Assembly: GCA_040755455.1 (NCBI GenBank)
Contig: JBFMAY010000002.1
Location: 1-64,000, forward strand
Length of the DNA stretch: 64,000 nt
Direction: 5' to 3'
Origin: Thermodesulfobacteriota bacterium
Lineage (GTDB): Bacteria; Desulfobacterota; Desulfobulbia; Desulfobulbales; SURF-16
The notes under the pieces: generated by a model
Databases searched by the model: none
What the model saw: the letters and a program-made list of their open reading frames with translations, nothing else
What the model was told of the DNA's origin: nothing
Position numbers and translations under genes: made by a program
Shown: in pieces, positions 37,896 through 46,703 of the stretch
How the letters are laid out: the number at the start of each line of letters is the position of its first letter
Position numbering within the stretch: the first letter of the stretch is position 1

Positions 37896-40800
37896 TTAGA
37901 CTCCTACGCCCCTCCGATCTTCCTCTGGTAGTCGGTCAATGATCTGCTTAAAACCATCTGCGACGATTTCGTCAAAACCGCGTTTCATGACAATATCTTT
38001 GAGGGCTCCGAGCATGTCAGGAAGTCGTGGGCACATATCTTCCATCATGTCCACAAAGATCCACAACGCTGGGGATTTTCGAGTCGGGTCCACGGACTGA
38101 AGTTCCGTTCGAAGTTTCTCCATACGCTCACGCCACGCCTTTGCCAGTGCCACAAGCGTGAGATTGTCTCTGAGCAAAGGCTTGGCGTCGTCCATGACCA
38201 CAGCGATGACCTTTTCCTGAAACTCGGTACGTTGATAGTCACACCGGCGAAATGCCCGAAAAAGTTCATGGGCCATGCAGAACTCGGAATGTAGCGACTT
38301 CTCGCTGATAACCGCTACAATCCGTTTGGCCTTCGATATCTCATGGGCAAATCGCTCGATAGAGTCTCCGCCACGCATTCTGTCTTTATCTCTTCCGATA
38401 ACCCTCCCGGAACGCTGAACAGCATCGCACAGGCGGTCCACGATTTCTTCCCGCTGTCGGCCCGCTTCCGTGGAGTCTTCACCCCAGGCATATGAAACGT
38501 AAATCTCCGGTAAAGTCGCTGTAGTAGGCAAGGCGTTCGCGGCTATATCTGGAATTGGCGCGGCTTGAGGTGTGAAAACGGGCGCACCGAATTGCACGCG
38601 GCAGACTGTTTTGCTCAGCCCGCTGAGCGAAGCAGGCATTATCGGAAAATGGAAACACAGGCGGCGGCTCTTCGGAGCAATCACTTGCTGGTCCCACAGT
38701 CGGAGAAGAAATCGCTCATTTAGTTCACGACTTTCGTCAGCTGAACGCCCTAGATAGGTTGTTAACGCCACCAAGGCATCCGAGAGCGCACCGCGGCGTA
38801 GATGAATAAATGTAGCAAGCCAGCCAAGCGGGTTCCCAGTGTCGAAGACCAGATTGGGGTAGCTCGACATCGCCGCCCAAGCAACATTGTCATCATTGAC
38901 CGCAAGAAGAGAGAATGCCTCTATGGCAAGTAATGGAATATTTCTTGGGAATTGCTGCCTCGCGTTACCGGCCGTTTCAGCGGCCCCTTTCCAGTCGTCC
39001 TTCATTTGGCACTGAAGCGCTGTGCCCAGGGCTTTTGCTTGTGGCCCGATAGCATCATTACCGCCTGAAGCGAGAATTTCCTCTATAGTTTTCGTATCCC
39101 CAATGGCCGCACAGAGGTATAGCGCATCTTCCTCTAATCTGTGGCGGCCAAATTCGGTTGGAATATGGCTCAAGCCTTCACGCAGAGATTCAATCGCTTC
39201 GGCAACGTGACCGGCGCGACAATGGACTTCAGCGAGGATCTGGTAGAGCGAAGACAGACTTTTGTCGGGCGGGATGACCTCGATGCCTTTCTTGAGCAGC
39301 GCCACCGCGCCATCATCGCCTTCGATCTTGCCGACCTTGGACAGCAGGTCCGCGGCAATCTGGTAGAGCGAAAACAGGTTTTTGTCGGGCGTGATGACCT
39401 CGATGCCTTTCTTGAGCAGCGCCACCGCGCCATCATCGCCTTCGATCTTGCCGACCTTGGACAGCAGGTCCGCGGCAATCTGGTAGAGCGAAAACAGGTT
39501 TTTGTCGGGCGTGATGACCTCGATGCCTTTCTTGAGCAGCGCCACCGCGCCATCATCGCCTTCGATCTTGCCGACCTTGGACAGCAGGTCCGCACAAAGA
39601 ACCCAGGAATCAGCAATTCCACGGTCGAGTGCTCGATGTGCATGGTTGATTGCTTGGTCAAGGTCGCCATGCTTGCCTCGATGTGCCAGGCAACGGGCAA
39701 GATGATATTCCAGACCTTTGGCGCCCCCGTCTCCAAGCAAGATCTTGAGAACGCCAATGCGCTCGTCCAGTTCCTCTCGGTCGGACGGCACTGGCGAAAC
39801 TGACTTAATCTGCTGCTTTAAATAGTCGGTGAACCTTTGTCCGATCAAACTGAGATCCGCTTCGCGTCCTGCTTGCACAAAATGATAACGGAGCTCCGCG
39901 AAGGACTCGCCCAACTTACTTTGTGTGCCAACTATTTGCTTTGCCTTGAAATGGCGAAGGTGGTATTCGGCAGCGGCGGAATGTGCTTGCTTAAACTCCT
40001 CGGATGTCTGTCGAAGATGGTCCAGCGAAATCTCCCTTACGATGGGGTTTAGCGCAAGCATGCCTTTGTAAGAGTTCAAGAGATAGCGGGTTAGAAGTAT
40101 GGAGCGTAGTTCGCTGGCTTCAGTATTGTTTGCGCAAAGTTTGTCCAGCGCCTCGCGTTTAAAACTGCGGCGGTGCACGGCGAGGCGCCAAAGCTTCTGC
40201 TGAAGCAACTGGTCGAGATGTTTCATTGTCCGCTCTAGGAGATCACGCTCCAAAGCCCTGAGAAACTCGCGGGAGATTTCCCTGTCCCGGACGTCCCAGA
40301 GGCCGGGATTGCTTTTAATGATTTCATCCAGTGTGTCGTAGCGGAGCGCACCCACCAGAGCCTCGATTGCTCGCGGATTAAAGTCGAGATCGCGGATAAC
40401 TTCCTTTTTCCGAACTTCGGAAATCTCTGCCTCAACGCCAGATTCCTTCAGCCGGGTATTTAAAACAATGATTGCTTCCTCCGGCTCCAATTTGGTTAAC
40501 GTGCGTTTCGGAATCCATTCTGACCAGCGAGCCTCTTCAACGATGCGGTCGCTTAAAAGGAGCAACCTGCCAGGCAAATTCTGGCGGTTTCGGAGAAAGG
40601 CGAGGACGCCGTTCATTTCAGGCACCGGAGCGCCGGACTTGGGATGGAAAAACCGCTGTGCTTCGTCCAGAATTATGACCACCTTACGTTGCAATACTCT
40701 TTCGAGGGCGAAAGCAAGGTTCGGAGCCTTTTGTTCGAATAGCACTTGTTCCATTTCAGGGAGACCTTGCTGGCTGAGCACAAGGGATAACTCCATGAGA

Positions 40801-41018
40801 CTTTCTATTACATTGGGCGTAGGTCGGTCAGCGATTTCGTTGATTACAGCTGGTTTCATGCCCAGCTTTTCCGCTAGTTCGCGAAAATCACGCGCGAGAT
40901 CAGTCTTGCCAACCCCTGAGAAACCTTGAAGGAAACAAACAGGAGGGCCGACATTGAGCCACACATCGGTGAGCCATTTCAGGTTCTCAGTTCGGTTCTT
41001 GCCTATATATTCCTTCAT
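37896..41018 (-). CDS. STAND-like NTPase + TPR-like repeats + C-terminal TIR domain protein (putative defence)
   Basis: Walker A GFSGVGKT; Walker B IILDEA; FNPRAI (GxP-like) motif; helical 40-aa repeats; TIR motifs IYVSYAW, GDSIERF and VISEKSLHSEFCMAHEL. Confidence 0.88.
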   Translation of the reverse strand: MKEYIGKNRTENLKWLTDVWLNVGPPVCFLQGFSGVGKTDLARDFRELAEKLGMKPAVINEIADRPTPNVIESLMELSLVLSQQGLPEMEQVLFEQKAPNLAFALERVLQRKVVIILDEAQRFFHPKSGAPVPEMNGVLAFLRNRQNLPGRLLLLSDRIVEEARWSEWIPKRTLTKLEPEEAIIVLNTRLKESGVEAEISEVRKKEVIRDLDFNPRAIEALVGALRYDTLDEIIKSNPGLWDVRDREISREFLRALERDLLERTMKHLDQLLQQKLWRLAVHRRSFKREALDKLCANNTEASELRSILLTRYLLNSYKGMLALNPIVREISLDHLRQTSEEFKQAHSAAAEYHLRHFKAKQIVGTQSKLGESFAELRYHFVQAGREADLSLIGQRFTDYLKQQIKSVSPVPSDREELDERIGVLKILLGDGGAKGLEYHLARCLAHRGKHGDLDQAINHAHRALDRGIADSWVLCADLLSKVGKIEGDDGAVALLKKGIEVITPDKNLFSLYQIAADLLSKVGKIEGDDGAVALLKKGIEVITPDKNLFSLYQIAADLLSKVGKIEGDDGAVALLKKGIEVIPPDKSLSSLYQILAEVHCRAGHVAEAIESLREGLSHIPTEFGRHRLEEDALYLCAAIGDTKTIEEILASGGNDAIGPQAKALGTALQCQMKDDWKGAAETAGNARQQFPRNIPLLAIEAFSLLAVNDDNVAWAAMSSYPNLVFDTGNPLGWLATFIHLRRGALSDALVALTTYLGRSADESRELNERFLLRLWDQQVIAPKSRRLCFHFPIMPASLSGLSKTVCRVQFGAPVFTPQAAPIPDIAANALPTTATLPEIYVSYAWGEDSTEAGRQREEIVDRLCDAVQRSGRVIGRDKDRMRGGDSIERFAHEISKAKRIVAVISEKSLHSEFCMAHELFRAFRRCDYQRTEFQEKVIAVVMDDAKPLLRDNLTLVALAKAWRERMEKLRTELQSVDPTRKSPALWIFVDMMEDMCPRLPDMLGALKDIVMKRGFDEIVADGFKQIIDRLPEEDRRGVGV
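39238..39593. repeat. in-frame tandem repeat, 120 bp x about 3
   Basis: Two copies identical over the aligned length and one differing at 4 nt; unit encodes ADLLSKVGKIEGDDGAVALLKKGIEVITPDKNLFSLYQIA. Confidence 0.97.
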
Positions 41019-41426
41019 TCAGTAATTTTCCCCTCTTGATACTTTTCAAACGAGGTGCGTAAGCGATGCCCAAACCCCAACCAGTTATTTATATGAAAGC
41101 CCCTTTAACTACTTGAAATTACTAACAGTGAAAACATTATGCGACATAAAAAATTTCCGGCCAAATACTGACTTTCATGCTTCGTTGTTCCCGCTTGCGG
41201 AGATGGCGGTTAGCTAGACGGATAAACATGGCACAACTTTGTTTACCCGGCCAATACACAAAAAACAAATGCGGTAACAATAAGATTTCATTACATTTCA
41301 CAAATGCCTAATATGCAATTTACGGAATATCCAATTTGAAACGGCTGATCCGCGGTTCGCGGATTAATCACGGTTGATTTGCTGCCAGATGCCTTCTCCT
41401 TCGCCCGATATTGTAAAACAATTTTT

Positions 41427-41837
41427 TCACGGATTGATGGCAATTTCCACCAGCCGCCCGGTTTTCTGATCCCGGCAGCGCACCTCCGCCCTGACCAGGC
41501 CAGGCTGGAGCGGCTCGGAAAGTTCCATGCTGATGCGGATTTTGCCCGGCTGCACCTTTTTGATCAGCCATTGAACCTTGCCGCTTTTTCTGTCAAATTT
41601 TACCAGGCTCGGGGAGGAAGCGAGGATGTCCACCTCGGCGGCCAGAAACTGGTGAACGATGAGATTGCCGGTGGAAGGTCCCTTGATATCCAGATCAAGG
41701 ACGATACTTCTGCCGGCAGATGAAATATATCTGCCGCTCACCAGATCCTGGGCAGATGCCGGCCGGGCCGCCAACAGGTTTACGCAGGCAAGCAGCATGA
41801 ACAACAAGAACATCCTTTTCCGGTGACAGCCCATCAT
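41427..41837 (-). CDS. secreted hypothetical beta-sandwich protein
   Basis: AGGAGG RBS; signal peptide ending ASA; pattern resembles the periplasmic domain of the upstream regulator. Confidence 0.75.
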   Translation of the reverse strand: MMGCHRKRMFLLFMLLACVNLLAARPASAQDLVSGRYISSAGRSIVLDLDIKGPSTGNLIVHQFLAAEVDILASSPSLVKFDRKSGKVQWLIKKVQPGKIRISMELSEPLQPGLVRAEVRCRDQKTGRLVEIAINP

Positions 41838-41935
41838 AACCTCCTTCCTGTCATTTGCCATAAGAGCCGGCGGCACTGACCTGCCGGGCAACCTTTCGCG
41901 CCGTAGCGTTGTGATCCCTCTCCGCCATACCATTG

Positions 41936-42931
41936 CTAGGGCAGTACCTCGAATTTTTCTTTTTCCGCATTCCACACATAGCCTGAGCCGAGCCAGATCT
42001 CCTCAACCTGATCGATATTGATCGGCAGGCCTTTTATTTCGCTGAATTCATCGGAAACAGTGAGAATTTCCTCATCGCTGATGCGGCCGTCGGCATCGGC
42101 GTCGGCCCAGTGGAAAGGCGCCATCTGCACCACGGAATCGCCGACGACGTCAATCTGCTGCCCGGCGCCCTTGGGCACGGCCACCTTGCCGGCAAACGCC
42201 GCTGCCCCCTCCTGCTGTTTGATCTTGACCATATAGGCAAAGACCTGGCTGCCATCGATTTTCCGCAGCCATTTCACTTCCCGGGCCTTGTCGTCATAGT
42301 CGGAATAAGAAGGCACGGCAGCCACCAGCGCCGCGCCCTCCGGCAGGTTCTCCCGGACAATCAGGGAAAGGGAATCGGTGGAATTGCTCGCAACATGGAT
42401 GGCCACAGGAAAGGGCTTGCCGGCCACCGCATGTTTGGGCAGCAGGCGGCTTGCCGTTATGGTGGGTTGTTCGCCGCCGGGGTAAAGCCACCAGCCCAGC
42501 AAAAACAGCAGGGCCATGAATAACACCGCGGCAAGGGCGAATTTCTTCCGTGATGGCGACTCCCTCACCGGCAGGGGCGGTTCCACCGCAGCCGCCTCGG
42601 CCGCCGGCGGCAGGACAGGCTCTTCATCCGACTTGGCAACAGGCTTGTCGGCCACAGGCGAGCCCGCAGGAGCCGGCGGCGCCTCTTCCTGCTCCACGCT
42701 TTCCAGGATTGCCTCAAGTTCAACCTCAAGGGCCTCGGCCAGCTTCAGGCCGTTTTCTTTTTTGATCGTCGGATAACGCTTGTTTTCCCAGCGGGAGATC
42801 GTGTCAGTGGTCACTCCCACCGATGTCGCAAGAAAAAGCTGGGTCAAACCTTTTGTTTCCCGCAGATTTCTTACCTTGGCGCCATCAATTCTGACCATTG
42901 GCACGCCGCTGGTCATCTTGCTCATATCCAT
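41936..42931 (-). CDS. membrane-anchored XRE-family HTH regulator with periplasmic beta domain and EF-hand-like loop
   Basis: LRETKGLTQLFLATSVGVTTDTISRWEN; one TM segment; ENLPEG; DADADGRISDEE. Confidence 0.85.
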   Translation of the reverse strand: MDMSKMTSGVPMVRIDGAKVRNLRETKGLTQLFLATSVGVTTDTISRWENKRYPTIKKENGLKLAEALEVELEAILESVEQEEAPPAPAGSPVADKPVAKSDEEPVLPPAAEAAAVEPPLPVRESPSRKKFALAAVLFMALLFLLGWWLYPGGEQPTITASRLLPKHAVAGKPFPVAIHVASNSTDSLSLIVRENLPEGAALVAAVPSYSDYDDKAREVKWLRKIDGSQVFAYMVKIKQQEGAAAFAGKVAVPKGAGQQIDVVGDSVVQMAPFHWADADADGRISDEEILTVSDEFSEIKGLPINIDQVEEIWLGSGYVWNAEKEKFEVLP

Positions 42932-43284
42932 CGTTTTTATCCGTCACTTCTCAGTTAATTTTCAGGCCCCCATCATAAACAATTATGCCGCCGGCGCGCC
43001 ACAGGATTTCTCATCTTTTTCGCCACCATAAAACCCGAGCCGCCGCCAATGAGGAATTATCCGGGGCAGCACAGCACGTCCGGCCCCCGGCCAAGCCCGG
43101 CAGCCCGGCTACCATCCACCGGATAACCTGTCGATTTTACTGGGATGTCTACCAGACATCGGCCCGCCACCCGCCAGATTCGGGCCGATGTCCTCTATTT
43201 TTTCTCTCTTCCCAGACGTACATTTTAGGCAAAAGGTAACAACCTGAACAGCAACAAAGAAAACTTTTCGTAAAGGAGGAAAAC

Positions 43285-43773
43285 ATGAACAAGAAATACA
43301 CCCTGGCCACCATGATCGGTTCTGCCTGGGCCGTGGCCATGCTGCTGACCCTGCCGGCTGATCCGGCCGCGGGTGAGACCAACCCGGCGGGACAGATGCC
43401 GGAGAAGATCACCATCAATGTGCAGGCAAGCTGCCCGCAGATAGCGGATCTTGACCCGGACAAGAAGCAGGTGAAGGAGTTCAGCCACAAACTTCATGCG
43501 GAGAAATACCTGCTCGGCAAGAGCGCCTTTGCCGCTCACCCGTACACCGATGCCTTCACCTGCGCCGCCTGCCATGCAGGGACCAAGTCAAGTGAGGCGA
43601 TCACCGGCGCCGACAAGTGCCAGCGGTTGACCGAGGCCATCAAGGCAGGCGGCGGGCCGAAAAAATACAAAGAGACCATGCACGCCATCTGCCAGAACTG
43701 CCACAAGAACATGCAGAAAGCAGGGGAAAAGAAGCCGGGACCGACAAAATGCAATGAATGTCACGGCAGCTAA
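43285..43773 (+). CDS. class III (c3/c7-type) triheme cytochrome c
   Basis: Signal peptide; FSHKLH, CAACH, MHAICQNCH and GPTKCNECH motifs. Confidence 0.9.
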   Translation: MNKKYTLATMIGSAWAVAMLLTLPADPAAGETNPAGQMPEKITINVQASCPQIADLDPDKKQVKEFSHKLHAEKYLLGKSAFAAHPYTDAFTCAACHAGTKSSEAITGADKCQRLTEAIKAGGGPKKYKETMHAICQNCHKNMQKAGEKKPGPTKCNECHGS

Positions 43774-43816
43774 CGTGGCAACACAGCAACAACAAACACA
43801 AAAAAGGAGAAACACC

Positions 43817-44020
43817 ATGAAAAAGACAATCAGCACCCTCTTGGCCATCGCATTCGCTCTCAGCACCGCCGGAACGGTCTTGGCCGCCAGCGGCAAATGT
43901 ACGGTAGTGGCTGTTGAAGACAACAAAGTGACGCTGGACTGCGGCAGCAATGCCGGGGATTTTCCGGTGGGCACGAAAGTGAAGATTAAAAGCGAGGGAA
44001 AAGCTGTTGAAGGCTGCTAA
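43817..44020 (+). CDS. extJ: small periplasmic ExtJ-like protein
   Basis: Signal peptide; short OB-like beta domain; C-terminal KAVEGC as in Geobacter ExtJ. Confidence 0.7.
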   Translation: MKKTISTLLAIAFALSTAGTVLAASGKCTVVAVEDNKVTLDCGSNAGDFPVGTKVKIKSEGKAVEGC

Positions 44021-44238
44021 ACAATGTCCTTAGCGGTTTTTGCGGGGCCGCCGTCGCCGGCCGGATCGGCTGGCTGCGGCGGCAATCCGCCCGCACCCTC
44101 CTGCCGGGCAACCGGCACAGGCAGCGTGATGCTCATGAGAAAACCACAGGCCCGGCAGCGGAACTGACCGCTGCCGGCTTCGCATTCTTCCGGCGGAAAG
44201 GAATAACGTTTTCCGCACTCCTCACAAAATACCAGCAT
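44017..44238 (-). CDS. small zinc-ribbon protein
   Basis: CEECGKRY...FRCRACG; last gene of the mgl operon. Confidence 0.7.
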   Translation of the reverse strand: MLVFCEECGKRYSFPPEECEAGSGQFRCRACGFLMSITLPVPVARQEGAGGLPPQPADPAGDGGPAKTAKDIV

Positions 44239-44261
44239 CGGTCTTGCGACTCCCCGGCCAT

Positions 44262-45587
44262 TTATCTGTTTTCGATGAGTTCAAGCAGTTCCTTGCGGAG
44301 TTGGTCCACTTCCTGGCGGACCATGGACTTGACCGCCGCCGCCATTTCCGCGGACATTTCACCTTCGGCCCCAGAGACCATGACAGACTGTGCGGCGGCG
44401 GCCCGCTGTGCAAGTTCCGCCACCACCTGGTCGTGCCATGTGCTGTAATCACGTATCGTCTCCAGATGGGACGGCAGCAGGTTTTGCTGGGGCTGCAGGG
44501 TAAAAAGGGAATGGGCCAGCCGGTCATAGACGGTTTGCAGCATATTACGCGACAGATCAGCGGCCACATCACCATGCCCGGCAAGATGACGGCCCACGCT
44601 GCCAATCACCTCCAGGAAAAACAACACCGAATTGTGGCCGGGGTGTTGATTGCGCAGCGTGTCGATTTCCTCGGCCAGCTGGGTTAACACCTTGGCCGAG
44701 ATGCCGTATTTCATGTTCTGAATAATTCTGGCCAGCTTATCGACGGTGATCTCCTCTTCCTCAAGGCGGGCAACCGGCCGCTCCGGCTCGGCCATCTTTT
44801 CTTTCTTGGCCTCGATATGGCCGATGTCCACCTCCACCGTCTCATCAGCTGCGGCGGTCTGCTCCCCGACTTTCTCCTCGTCCAGGGAAAAAGCCAGCCC
44901 GCCCTCGGAAAAGAAATCATCAAGCAGACTGTCTGCCTCGGGAAAATCCTCATCATCGACCCTGGCCAGCACCACCTCCTTGGCGTCGGGACCGGCCACT
45001 CCCCCGACCGACGGCATGGCCGGCGGCGGAGGCGCCGCCGCCTTGGCGCCACCCCGGTCGTCGGCAACCATTTCCTGAAAGATGACATTGAACGCCCCGT
45101 CAACCGCCTGGTCTTCCTTCTGCTCCATCAGATCCCTGATGGTGCTCCCCCCCTGGCCCGCGGCCGGCGGGGCCTGGACTCCGGGTTTTCCCGCCACGGC
45201 AACCGGCGGGCTTTCCCGCACAGGCGCCTTGCGCGGTTTTGCCAGCTCCGCCTTCAACCGGTTATATTTTTCCACGGCGCTGCGCACCAGGGCGATCTTG
45301 CGGCCGTCATCCATGCTCTCATCGGTGATCACCGTTTCCAGGGTGGCGAATACGTCAGGCAGAAGCTTGATCGCCTCGGGATGGGCTTTTTCCCTGGCCT
45401 TCTTGATGTACTGCCCCAGGGTACCGATGACCTGCAGACAGACGAGAAGCGGTTTTTTGCCGGCCCATTGCGCCTGCAACGGCTTGATTGCCATGGTCAG
45501 GATGTCCATGGCCTCGTCGGTTATCTCCCACTCGATTGCCAGAATGGCAGCCTTCAGCTCCTTTATCTTCTCTGCGCCGTTGATCAT
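44262..45587 (-). CDS. conserved hypothetical protein with duplicated helical domain
   Basis: N-terminal (LAIEWEI...LQVIGTLGQYI) and C-terminal (NMKYGIS...LEVIGSVGRHL) domains are similar; acidic linker. Confidence 0.8.
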   Translation of the reverse strand: MINGAEKIKELKAAILAIEWEITDEAMDILTMAIKPLQAQWAGKKPLLVCLQVIGTLGQYIKKAREKAHPEAIKLLPDVFATLETVITDESMDDGRKIALVRSAVEKYNRLKAELAKPRKAPVRESPPVAVAGKPGVQAPPAAGQGGSTIRDLMEQKEDQAVDGAFNVIFQEMVADDRGGAKAAAPPPPAMPSVGGVAGPDAKEVVLARVDDEDFPEADSLLDDFFSEGGLAFSLDEEKVGEQTAAADETVEVDIGHIEAKKEKMAEPERPVARLEEEEITVDKLARIIQNMKYGISAKVLTQLAEEIDTLRNQHPGHNSVLFFLEVIGSVGRHLAGHGDVAADLSRNMLQTVYDRLAHSLFTLQPQQNLLPSHLETIRDYSTWHDQVVAELAQRAAAAQSVMVSGAEGEMSAEMAAAVKSMVRQEVDQLRKELLELIENR

Positions 45588-45597
45588 GGTCAGTCTC

Positions 45598-46203
45598 CTA
45601 TTGCAGTTCTTTGCGGAAAGAGATGAGCGTCATCGAGATAATCTTCTTCAGCGTTTCCACCACATTATCCCCGGTCAAGGCGCTTCCCACAAAAAAAGGC
45701 ACCTTCAGTTCCTGATTGAGGTCCTGCTCCATCTCTTCAACGGTCAGCAGCGGAATCCCCTGGCCCTTCAGGTCGATCTTGTTGTACTGCAGCACAAGCG
45801 GTATCTTAAAGACATCCTTATTATGACTGAGCAGATTTTCCTTCATCTGTTCAAGGGACTTCAAGTTGCTCTCCCTTCTCTCCTTCTGCATGTCAGCCAC
45901 GAAAACAATACCGTCCACCCCCTTGAGCACCAGTTTGCGGGTGGCGTTATACTTGACCTGACCTGGCACGGTATAGAGCTGGATCTTGATGTCAAAACCA
46001 TGGATCTTGCCGATATCGACCGGCAGAAAGTCAAAAAAGAGGGTCCGATCGCCGTGCGTTTTAATACTCACCATTTCGGTTTTGATGCGCTGTTTGTATT
46101 TTTTGTTGATGTAATCAAGATTGGTTGTCTTACCGCCCCGTCCGGGCCCGTAATAGACGATTTTAATCTGTACTTCTTTTTTCTTTACATTAATAAATCC
46201 CAC
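45598..46203 (-). CDS. mglA: MglA-family small GTPase
   Basis: KIVYYGPGRGGKTTN, DRTLFFDF, LYTVPGQ, GVDGIVFVAD and QYNKID motifs. Confidence 0.93.
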   Translation of the reverse strand: MGFINVKKKEVQIKIVYYGPGRGGKTTNLDYINKKYKQRIKTEMVSIKTHGDRTLFFDFLPVDIGKIHGFDIKIQLYTVPGQVKYNATRKLVLKGVDGIVFVADMQKERRESNLKSLEQMKENLLSHNKDVFKIPLVLQYNKIDLKGQGIPLLTVEEMEQDLNQELKVPFFVGSALTGDNVVETLKKIISMTLISFRKELQ

Positions 46204-46221
46204 GGGTTACCTCTCACGCAA

Positions 46222-46611
46222 TCATCTTCCCCAGATTAATCTTATCTTATCGATGACCTCGGTTGTTTTCAGCCGCAGAAAGCCCAGGGAAACATCCTGG
46301 CCGAAAATGCAGATGAGCAGAATATCCTCATTGACCTTGCTGAAATGGATACTCTCATTTTCTCCCCGGTGGAAATGGAGGGAAAACTGCTGTTCCCCCA
46401 CCAGTTTGGCCATGGCGTCCACCGCCGCAAAATTGCCCGCGGCCAACGCCGCAAAGGAAGCCACGTCAAAAGAGCAGCGATCATTATCCAGCTGGGCAAT
46501 GGTATTGCCGGCCACATCGATGATAATGGCACAGTGCACTCCTATGGACAGGAGATCTTCCTTGAGCACCACATCTATATTTTCCAACTGCTCCTGCGAA
46601 ACATTATACAT
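46222..46611 (-). CDS. mglB: MglB-family roadblock/LC7 protein
   Basis: ASFAALAAGNFAA, FSLHFHRGE and SLGFLRL motifs; directly upstream of mglA. Confidence 0.9.
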   Translation of the reverse strand: MYNVSQEQLENIDVVLKEDLLSIGVHCAIIIDVAGNTIAQLDNDRCSFDVASFAALAAGNFAAVDAMAKLVGEQQFSLHFHRGENESIHFSKVNEDILLICIFGQDVSLGFLRLKTTEVIDKIRLIWGR

Positions 46612-46703
46612 TGGTTTATCCTTTACGCTTGAATCGCTTTTTGAAAATTATCTTCTTAATATGATGCACAAAGTGAAGCGGAAATGTCGAGCACAATTTC
46701 ACA

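Noticed and set aside
39238..39593. Direct repeats considered as a CRISPR array or DGR template/variable repeat
   Set aside because: 120-bp head-to-tail coding units with no spacers; no cas or reverse transcriptase gene in the window.
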